From Ministeria vibrans ATCC 50519 (taxonomy: Eukaryota; Protista; Filasterea): a DNA stretch of 32,265 nucleotides. This document shows positions 1 through 9,049 of the stretch, in pieces. Both the position numbers and the translations under genes were made by a program. A model generated the notes under the pieces. That model was given only the letters and a program-made list of their open reading frames with translations. It was not told the DNA's origin and searched no databases. Within the stretch, counting starts at the first letter, position 1, and each line of letters starts with the position of its first letter. The stretch covers positions 82,736 through 115,000 of the forward strand of contig CALSCP010002371.1 of NCBI GenBank assembly GCA_943704425.1, written 5' to 3'.

Positions 1-167
1 GGGGGGTAGTGGGAGCCGGAAGAACACGGAGACAGTGCGCAGACGCCAGGAGAACAAGCGCAATGCACAAATTGTATCGGACGATACAACAAGACGTTTT
101 TTTCTTCTTTTCTCTCCCTCTCTCTCTCTCTCTCTCTCTAGAGCGAATTAAGAGAAAGGGGGCGTAC

Positions 168-374
168 GGGAAAGACGTCGGCAACGTTGACGGTGGACTT
201 GCTGTAGTCTTCCTCGTTGAAGACGTGGATCTCGCTGCCCTTGACGGCATTGACGGTCATTTTGCGAAAACATTCCGTCTTGTCCACCACCCACACTCGG
301 TCGCCCTTCTGGTACTGGCGATGCTGCGTTTGCGACGCGCTCACGGAAGTCGCACTGGGGCCCGAGTCAGACAT
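168..374 (-). CDS. Myosin heavy chain, first coding exon (N-terminal SH3-like domain); gene continues off the left edge
   Basis: ATG at 374; KGDRVWVVDKTECFRKMTVNAVKGSEIHV...TVNVADVFP resembles the myosin N-terminal SH3-like pattern (VWVxD...G..V.V...V...DVFP). It is followed by a GTACGC donor at 167 with no acceptor/exon before the window edge. Confidence 0.7.
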
Positions 375-566
375 GGAGAGTAAGTCACTAAGAAGTAAGA
401 ATTTGTGACTTTTGACTTTTGTGTTGTTATTTATACTCCTTAGTATTGTAGATTTGTAGTGCAATGGTTTGACTAATCGACTTGAATGTTGATCATCGCT
501 ATTTTCAGGAAATACAAGTATACAGTATATAGATAATAGATAGTGGTGTGTGCATGAGTTGTTTTA

Positions 567-2895
567 TTAAAAGCGGTGCGAAACAAATTGGTGCGACTGT
601 TGCAGGCGAGTGCGCCAGTCGGTGGCAAGGGTGAGGGAAGTGCAAAAGGCAGCGTGGAGGTCTTCGGCACGCTGGGGCCAGAGGGAGCGCAGTTGGATGA
701 GCTCGGCGTCGCAAGAGGCAAGGACGCCAATGAGGTGGTTGAGCGTGTCGAGTGGGGTAGAGGCCAATGCGGCGGAGGAGGTGGGCGTGATGGGAGCGTA
801 GTGAAGGGAGTGGTGGGGAGGCGAGGGTGCAGTAGGGGGAGTCGGAGACGGTGTGTCGGCGTGGGTCAGCGTGGCGGTGCTGAGGGAGCACGAGAGAGGT
901 GACTGGTCGGCGGGACACTCGGCCATGGCAGCTTGGACGAGGAAGTTCAGGCCGGCAAGCGGCTGGGCAACGACAGCGTGCTGTTGGTCGACGTAGGGAG
1001 TGACAACAAAAGACGGTTGTTGATGATGCGATGGTTGTTGGTGCTGGTGCTGGTGCTGGTGTGGGTGTGGGTGTGGTTGATAGCAGTGCATGCGCGAAAG
1101 ACGACCCTGATGGTTGTCGTCGTCGTCCTCGTCGGCCGTCTCGTCGGCGTCCGCGTCGTCGTTAAGACTGCTGCTGTGACTCTGAGCAATGCGTGACGAC
1201 GGAGCACGTCCGACAGACTGTGCTTGTGGCTGCGTCGGAGGCTGCGTACGACGACGCTGAGACTGTCTCTCATCGGGACTGACTGTTGCCGTGGTGGTTG
1301 AGTCGTCTTCGTCGCTCTGGTCGTATTCAGAGTTGCGCACACGTTTGCGTCGAAACTGATGGTTGAGCTGTTGAGTGCGAGCACGCGCAGCCACAGCACT
1401 GCCGCTCTCGGCGTGTAGCACACGGGCAACGGAACCATGTGCAGGCACAATGGCATCGTACGACGCTGAAGGCACAGGTCGCACTGCTTGTGTGGGCACA
1501 GACTCGAGCAGCGACAATCTGTTATGGAAACAAAGAATAGTTAAGAGACGATTGAAATTGAGTGGGGGATTTCGTACAGTGCGCGTGAGTGGCGGCGTTT
1601 CATGTGTGCAACAAGATTGCAGCGTACGCTAAATTCCCACTCACAGTCGGGTGCTGGGCAGGCTACAGAAAAAAAAAAAGATCAAGTCATTTAGTCAACT
1701 AACTCACACACACACACACAATGTACAAAATGAGTACCGAAAGGTTTCTCGCCCGTGTGTACTCTCAAGTGATCGACAAACTTGGTGCGCTCGGTGTACG
1801 GCGCGGTGCGGACGCAGCCTTTCCACTGGCACAATATGCGTCTGGTCATAGAAACATAAAAACTCCGGTCAGACGCCATCACTGCACTCCCCACTCAAAA
1901 CGAACCTTTTCCACGGCTGCTCCGAGCCAACATGCGTCTCCTCAATGTGTCGTACTAATGCGCCCAGGTCGACAAAGCAAAGACCGCAATCCTACCAAAC
2001 GCGGTCAAAAGGTGTTTTTTTTGTAAATTTGGTGCGAGTATTTTGTTGAGTGAAAAACAAAAAAAAACAACAAAGCGACGGTCGACAAAACGCGGGACAA
2101 TCCACTAAAGTTGCGCAGACAACAAAGTGATGCGCAGCATGTGGGACGCAAGCGGCCTAAGTCGGTGCAAGAATGGGAGGGGGGCAAATGCAAGAATGCG
2201 GCGCATGGGCCCAACAGATACTGATTGCGTTGCACGATGGCTCACGAGAAACGCGCCGGCCAATCATTTCGCTCCAATGTTTCAGGCCAGTCGAAATTCG
2301 ACGCATGCGGCCGCGGCGCAGGCCAATTCTTTGCATGTGCTGTTTACTCGGTGAATGAGAGGCGTGGGGTGTGTTGGGCAGCGGTGTGCGACTCGCGAGG
2401 GGTGGGATTCGGCTGATCGAAATTGAAGAGTGCATTGCTGAGACAAGCGAAGCGCCGATTTGGCAATCGTGGCGGGGAGTTGATAGGGGGGTGTCAAGTG
2501 AGTACGAATGGCGGGCAGCGCTGGAGCCGGACGAGTCGGCAAATGAGTCAAAAGAAAGTTCCCCAAATCAAAAACGCATTTGTACATGCACGAACGACGG
2601 CGAACTTCACGGCGATCAATGTCACAGCACACGTACACACCCAAGTGAAGCACGGTGGGCGGGAAACTCCGGCCACGGGGCGGTCTAACTTGCAATGATG
2701 GCCAAAACTGTTTCTTTTGTCATCGACAGTTCACCAACAAAACAAAAAAGAGAGGCCCGCTGAACCGCAAAGGCGCGATCCCTTTCCCAGCAAACACCCA
2801 TGCGTCAAGGGCGTGACCCTGAGGGCAGGGGTTGGCAAAAACCTTTTTTTGTAAATTACCTCCCAGTCGCATTGGACGTGTTCTGCAGGAACCAT
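567..2895 (-). CDS. Tandem-CWCH2 C2H2 zinc-finger transcription factor (Zic/Gli/Glis/PacC superfamily), 3 fingers, ~420 aa
   Basis: Exons 2895-2860, 1991-1906, 1841-1738, 1662-1578, 1518-567, all GT-AG with consistent phases; start context accgccATGg. Splices to [100 protein letters not shown], then an RRKRVR NLS-like motif and H/Q/P/S-rich low complexity. Confidence 0.88.
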
Positions 2896-3100
2896 GGCGG
2901 TGTAAAATTCAAAAGGGTATGGGTGTGGGTGAGTGTGCGTGGAAAGCAACGAGAAGGAAAAAAAAAAATAACCAATTATTTTCATTTTTCAATTTTTTTT
3001 TCTTTTATCTTTGTTGTGAATTGTGAGTTTTGAATTTGAGGTTCTCGCAATTCGCAATTTTCATTCTAAGTGATCAAACACAAAATTGCGTAGAATCAGA

Positions 3101-4777
3101 ATGAGCGGGGCGGGATACGCTATGATCGGGACGATCGTCACGTTGGTGGTTGTCAGCAGCTTCTTTCGCGCGGGCATGCTGACGGCCGCACCTGGCCAAC
3201 CCGTCCCAATTGGTAACACGACGAAGCGAACGATCCACGCCGCCCATGCGCTGCTTGTTGGGCCAACACTGCTGTCCTGTGGCGTGTCTTCCAGTGTGTT
3301 GTTCGTTGGAGGAGTGGCGTCTGAGCGCAGATCAGATAGTCATTTTTTGTTTCACGTTGCACTGTCGGCCGACACTCTCTCGGGCGCGATTGCACGTCGC
3401 TCTTGCGGCCATCACATGCCGACGAAGTTGTTATTGCGCTTGTGCGCGTCGGCACGGGCACGCGGCGGTTGGTGAAGCGAAAGCGACGTCTCATCTGTTT
3501 GGTGTAGGGCCATATATGTTTTCGTATGTGAATGCGGCGACGCTCGTCCTCCTGATCGGCTGCCTGTACAGCCCACCGGCGTCCACATCGGTGTCGGTCA
3601 GCTCCATCAACAAGGTTGTTCAAGCTCATGTGCCCGGTAAGAAGGAAGGCGCGTGAATGAATGAGTGTGTGTGGAGTTGCTTCTGAAGACGTGCTCTTGT
3701 CTCTCTCTCTCTTGATTGGTGGATGGGGTGCAGTGCGCAAGCTGGCGACCATTGGCGTTCTCGTGGCGCCCTTTTACTTCCTTCAGTTTGTCCTGTACAA
3801 CGTGAGTCTGCAGTTTACGAGCGTGTCCGATGCAGTGACCGCTTCGCTCACCTGTCCCATCTGGAGCTATCTCATCTCAGTCTTTTACGTCAAAGACGAA
3901 GCTCTCACTGGTACAAACAAGTGTGCTTTGCAAGAGCATAAGTATGCTGTGTTGTCGCTAATAAGTGTGTATGTGGTAGTGTCGAAAGTGGTCTCGGTGG
4001 CGCTGAGCATGGCGGGGGTGTATGTGGTGTCGCTAGCTGAGGGTGCGGCGGGCTCGGCTGTTGCGCCAAACCCTCTTCTGGGCAACGCCATGGCCATTGC
4101 CTCTGCCATTCTCCTTGCTTTTTACTCGGTACTTGTTTTATTGTCTCCTTTCACTTTGCTCACTTTCTCTAAACACCCTGTCTCTTTCTCTGTGGCCTAG
4201 ATCATCTTCAAAATGCGCCTTCCCAACCCCTCCAAATGGGAGCTTTGTGTGGTGCTTGGCTTTGCTGGCCTGACCATTCTTCTTTTTGGCTGGATGGGGC
4301 TCTATCCTGCGCTCACCTATACCAACGAGACACTTGACGTACATCGACAGAGAAGAGAGAGAGAGACATTGTGAGCGCGACGACAACACTGACCAAGTAT
4401 TTTTGCGGCGACCATGTAGAATCTGTCTCAGGGCATTCTTGTCAAGTGTTTTTTGCACGGACTTCTCTATGTCATTCCAATGGTCTTTCTCTTTGCATTG
4501 GCCGTAGCACTGACATCCCCTCTTATTGTTAATTCCGGCGTAAGACCAAACCACCTCTCTCTATCACTCTGACCCTCGCTTTTGTTTTGTCTCCGTGTGC
4601 GTGTCTCAGATGATTCTGACGATTCCCCTGTCGCTCGCCATTGACTCTGTTCTAGCTGCGTCTTTTCCTCCCGCCGGGAAGCTCTTTGGCAATGCGCTGT
4701 GTCTCGCAGGCTTTTTCCTTCTAGTCTTTGCTCCGTCCTCCTCAGTCTCAGAGCCCAAGTCGGAGACTATCGCTTGA
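3101..4777 (+). CDS. SLC35F/EamA (DMT superfamily) multi-pass transporter, SLC35F5-like
   Basis: About 7 GT-AG exons give GPYMFSYVN..., LYNVSLQFTSVS...SLTCPIW, GNAMAIASAILLAFYS, LTSPLIVNSGMILTIPLSLAID, which are typical SLC35F motifs; many hydrophobic helices. Confidence 0.8.
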
Positions 4778-4792
4778 TTTTGTCTTCTCTGA

Positions 4793-4793
4793 T

Positions 4794-4827
<34 letters not shown>

Positions 4828-4875
4828 CACCACAGACACCACACACACACCCACCCACCCACACACACACACACA

Positions 4876-4925
<50 letters not shown>

Positions 4926-4933
4926 CACACACA
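4793..4933. repeat. Compound (CA)n/(TA)n microsatellite between convergent genes
   Basis: Direct reading: acacac..atatat..cacaca over ~140 nt. Confidence 0.95.
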
Positions 4934-5003
4934 CTATGAGAGTGTCGCTCTATCTCTTTCTGTCGCTTTAAAGCAATTTCTGTACATTCATTAATAATAA
5001 TAA

Positions 5004-6176
5004 CTATAATTCAGTGGTGTGGCAAGTGCAGTCGTTGTAGCGATACCAACCAATGGAGTGAACGGCAATTCGCACGAGCTGGAACCACCAGGAGAGAATC
5101 TCACAGGACGAGTATGAGATGGCAGAGATCGAGACAACGGACGACGGTGCAGCATCCGAGTTCCCATTGTCGACGTCGGGGGGCGCAGAGTGCACTGAGT
5201 GCGCCCACAGTGGAGGGATGAAAAGCGCATCGCCCGGTTGGAGCGTCACCACGAGCGGACGCGCACTGCGCAATAGTCGGTGCGCGGGACTGTCCGAGTG
5301 TGTGTCGAAGGGATTGACGCGCGAGACGCTGGCGGATGTGTCGAATTTGCCGTCAAGCGACAGTTTCGGTATGTCGGACGGCGGGTGGAGATGGACAATT
5401 TTTGTGCCATGCATTTGGTGGAGAATGTTCATGGGGATCCAGTCAAGATGCAAGCCTGTGCGCTGTCCTTGCGTGCCAATCCAGAAGCTGGTATGCCCTG
5501 TGCGATGGAGTCCTCCGTGTTGCGGCAGCGCCAGACGATTAAGGAGTCGGTCCAGTGCGGACTGACGCGTCGCAGACACTATGGGGATCGCCGATTCGGT
5601 GAGATACGGACGTTTTCGCGCAACCCGTTCGTAGTAGTCGTCCGGTGTGGACCACGTCTCGTTCACTCTAGCCATGAGCGCTGCGAGGAACTCGTCCCTC
5701 TCCAAATGGCGGCGCACCGTCGGCTCATGCTCTGGCATGCCAAACTGAGCGTCCATCTCGAACTGTGGCGGGCAGTCGTGCAGCAGCGCCGACGCCGTCC
5801 AATCCATTTCGTCAAGGAGGTCGCCTACGACGCCCGGAAAGAGGGCGGGAAGGCCGCGGGCACGGTGTGCGAGCACCGACTCGACCGAGCCATTGTAGAC
5901 CACAGGCACCGCCTCAATGTTGACCGTGGGCATGCGCGCCGACCAGCACATGGTGTGCGTCAGACTGGCCACCCATAGCGCCCCCACGACGACCGCGAGG
6001 AGTACTGTGAGGCGGTGGAACGAGCTTAGAACATGTCGCTGTCGCCACAGACGCGCACAAATCATGCCGCAAGTGCTCACAACGAACAGAACCATTGTCG
6101 ACACGACGAGCAGGGTGACGACAATGGCAACATTGTGTTGGGCCTCGAGTGCGTCGACGAGGTACCCAAGATCCAT
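5004..6176 (-). CDS. Intronless membrane-anchored JmjC (cupin_8-type) Fe(II)/2OG oxygenase, 390 aa
   Basis: FWIGTQGQRTGLHLD (HxD), LHQMHGTK (2OG Lys), LQPGDALFIPPLWAHSV (distal His) are all intact; two N-terminal hydrophobic helices. Confidence 0.88.
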   Translation of the reverse strand: MDLGYLVDALEAQHNVAIVVTLLVVSTMVLFVVSTCGMICARLWRQRHVLSSFHRLTVLLAVVVGALWVASLTHTMCWSARMPTVNIEAVPVVYNGSVESVLAHRARGLPALFPGVVGDLLDEMDWTASALLHDCPPQFEMDAQFGMPEHEPTVRRHLERDEFLAALMARVNETWSTPDDYYERVARKRPYLTESAIPIVSATRQSALDRLLNRLALPQHGGLHRTGHTSFWIGTQGQRTGLHLDWIPMNILHQMHGTKIVHLHPPSDIPKLSLDGKFDTSASVSRVNPFDTHSDSPAHRLLRSARPLVVTLQPGDALFIPPLWAHSVHSAPPDVDNGNSDAAPSSVVSISAISYSSCEILSWWFQLVRIAVHSIGWYRYNDCTCHTTEL

Positions 6177-6304
6177 GCGAGAAGAGAAAAGAAAAACTCA
6201 AAAGTCAAAATAATTGATCAGCTCGATAATCGATTGCACAAAATTTATTCTTTCTTCTTCTTCACAATTTTTCATTTATCATTAATTCTTTTGTTCAAGA
6301 TCAA

Positions 6305-7502
6305 ATGAAACGAACTGTGTTGCTTTTTTGCGCCGCTGTATGCTCTCTTTCTGTTTCTGAAGGGATGGAATCAGCAACTGGTAATTTGCGCTCTTTCGTT
6401 CTCCAACTCACTTCTTCTCTTTTGTCTTAGGCGCCAGAGAGTGGTCTGGCACGTGTGATGCACTCTTACGACAGGCACCGACGCCACCAACAGGGGCTGA
6501 GCCGGTGGACCAAGTCCCTCCACATTTATTCGAAGCGTACATATTATACATCGTCCTTGACTGATCACTCACTCGCTCACTCTCACTCGATCGCATTCTT
6601 CCGACATGCATATGCAGCTTCACGTTGAACGGGCAGATACCCGTCAGTGAGTACTATGTCGACGATAGCTTTGGAGGGAAAGGTGTGTCCTTGCGCCTCT
6701 GTCCATCGCTGTGCCACCTCTGACACACTGCCTTCTCCCTCACTTGTGTGTGCAGGAAGTCACTACGGCGCAAGTCGCGACGAAATTGTCCGCATGATTG
6801 AACGCATGCGTCAGACCATTGCTACGCTGCCTGTGCACACGTCGACGCGGACGGATCGACACTCCATGGACGAGTGGATTCTGCAGGCGTTGCATCGACA
6901 CTCAGTCAAAGGAATGCACGTTGCGGTGTACGGGTCGACCGAGCCACGCTGGGAGGCGATGCTGCTTGCATTTGGTGCGGCGCGCGTCACTACCATTGAG
7001 TACAATCGCCTGACGTACAGTCACGAGGCCATTCGTACAATGACCGTTGCGGAGTACGCACGCTCGCCCGAGCAGTTTGATGCGGCGCTGTCCCTGTCGA
7101 GCTTCGATCACGACGGGCTGGGTCGTTACGGAGACCCTGTGGATGCAGAGGCGGATTTGCGGGCAATGGAACGAGCTCGATGTGCGCTGCGCAGCGGTGG
7201 GCGGCTCTTTATGACTGTGCCAGTGGGGCCGGATGCGCTCGTGTGGAATTTGCACCGGCGGTATGGGCCGCTGCGCCTTCCGCTGATGCTCCGAGGATGG
7301 ACGGTAGAGGAGAGGTGACAGCAAATATAACGGTTTAGTAGGTGTGTGATTTAACTGTGTCTACGTGTGTAGAGTCGGGTGGGACGAAGCACGACTGACG
7401 CGCGATGCACCAGTGTACCGCTCATACGAACCAGTCTTTGTCCTACGCAAAGACGAAAGAGGGGAGGAGAATCGAGAGGAAGAGAGTCGTACAGAGCTGT
7501 AG
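6305..7502 (+). CDS. DUF268-family SAM-dependent methyltransferase-like protein, secreted/ER
   Basis: Five GT-AG exons. Signal-peptide-like MKRTVLLFCAAVCSLSVSEG; core VYGSTEPRWE...GAARVTTIEY...FDAALSLSSFDHDGLGRYGDP...PVGPDALVWNLHRRYG matches DUF268 motifs; ends ...SRTEL*. Confidence 0.82.
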
Positions 7503-7516
7503 AAGTGTATTGTAAT

Positions 7517-8956
7517 TTACATGGAGAAAGAAAATTTGATTGCGGGTCGGGACGAAGGGGGAGGAGGGGGAGGAGGAGGGTTGGCGGAGGGAGGAGGTGG
7601 AGGAGGGTTGGCGGNNNNNNNNNNGAGGAGGGTTGGCGGAGGGAGGGGGGGGAGGAGGGGGAGGAGGATTGGAGGTGGATGGAGGAGGAGGAGGATGATT
7701 GGAGTTGGATGGAGGAGGAGGAGGAGGAGGCGGAGCGTGGGGTGCGGGGGGAGCATGTATATTCATGTGGGGGGCTGGCATGTGAGGTGGCATGTGCTGC
7801 GGGACTGTGCTGTACTGCGGTTGATGCGGAGCGTACTGCTGCATCCCATACGCATTCTGCCCATACATCATCATCATCTGCTGTTGTTGCTGCTGATACA
7901 CCGTCTGCATCTGTTGCTGTTGCATGCGCTGCGCCACTTGCGCCTGTACCAGCGCTGCCGTGTCCGGCACTGCCGCTGTCACTGCCACGGCCGTTTCGCT
8001 CTCCTTCGCTCGCTTCTCTTCGCTCTCATCTTTCTTTCCAGTCCCTCCGTCGCGCTTTCGTTTCTTCACCACTGCCTCTACCTTCTTTCCCGCCGAAATG
8101 TCTGCTTGGCGTACAAGTCGCTCCATCTCCTTGCGCTCTCGTCGCTCCTGCTTCTCCTTGCGCGACTCAGCTCCTCCACCACTCTACGGCGACGCCACAT
8201 GTTAGACCACACGCACATACACACACATAATACAATTATATTAAACACAACGCACACATACTTTCTTTGCCATCTCCTTCATGTCCCTTCTTCGCTTTGT
8301 ATGGTGGTGGTCGTACGATGACAGATGCGTGTCAAACTCGCTGACTTTGGTATACTGCTTGTCGCAAATGTCGCAATAGAACGCCCGTTGAACATGCTTG
8401 AGTTCCGATTGGATTTCGTCCTTCTTGGCCTGTTTCTCCTGCAAGATCAAGCAAGGCAAGTCAGCGTCATTCGGATGAGACCCCCCACTGTGTGCCGCAC
8501 TTGTCGTCTTGCGGCCATCTCGGGCGTCTCATCGACCTCCACGCTGAGCATGCGCCGCGTTTCCGTTGCTTTCTCGGCAATGCCGCTCTCAAGAGTCCAG
8601 CGGCCAAGTCCCTACACAGACGCGGCGCGGGCCGGGTGACGGGCAGACGGACAGACGGGCAACACTCGTTTAACGCGTACCAGACAGCCGCTGTTCAAAT
8701 CGACCGGCACAGGCTCCGCTCGCCCCTGCCCGTTCTTGCCCAGGCCCGCCCCCTGCCGCCAGCCCATCGCCTTCAGCAAGCGGAACCCCACGTTTCGCTA
8801 GAGAGCCCGTCAGTACGGCCGATCAGTGCTGCGGCTGCTCACCTCGTCCAGCGGCGTATCCATCGTCGCCTGGTCGAACTGGCCCACTTGAAACGACGCA
8901 ATCGTGTCTTCAATGGACTCTCCAAGGTCCTCTCCGTTGTCCTCGTCGTCGTTCAT
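7517..8956 (-). CDS. GPATCH8: G-patch and C2H2 zinc-finger protein, GPATCH8-like, with proline-rich tail (contains a 10-N gap)
   Basis: Spliced: TPLDE|RNVGFRLLKAMGWRQGAGLGKNGQGRAEPV...|GLG (G-patch), then FYCDICDKQYTKVSEFDTHLSSYDHHHTKR (GPATCH8/ZNF804-type finger); C-terminus poly-Pro then AIKFSFSM*. Confidence 0.8.
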
Positions 8957-9049
8957 TTCTCGCAGATCTAAAATCTGAATATAAAAAAAGTGATTTTTAC
9001 TTTTGTTGATCATCACGTCTTTATCTTCCAAATCTTTCTGTTGCTTGAT

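Noticed and set aside
1985-2010. Stop-codon readthrough or alternative genetic code (TGG TAG GAT TGC in frame with ZF1)
   Set aside because: The TAG is a splice acceptor; the upstream exon at 2895-2860 supplies CDWE. TAA, TAG and TGA all terminate conserved genes here.
3213-3507. Possible TPP riboswitch in the long first intron of the SLC35F-like transporter (CTGAG seen)
   Set aside because: Lacks the rest of the aptamer core (CUGAGA...CCC...GAACCUGA...UAAU...GCG.AGGGA); an Rfam RF00059 scan would settle it.
7615-7624. Apparent frameshift in the GPATCH8 proline-rich tail
   Set aside because: Coincides with a 10-N placeholder gap; assembly artefact (similar gaps at 18370 and 20383).
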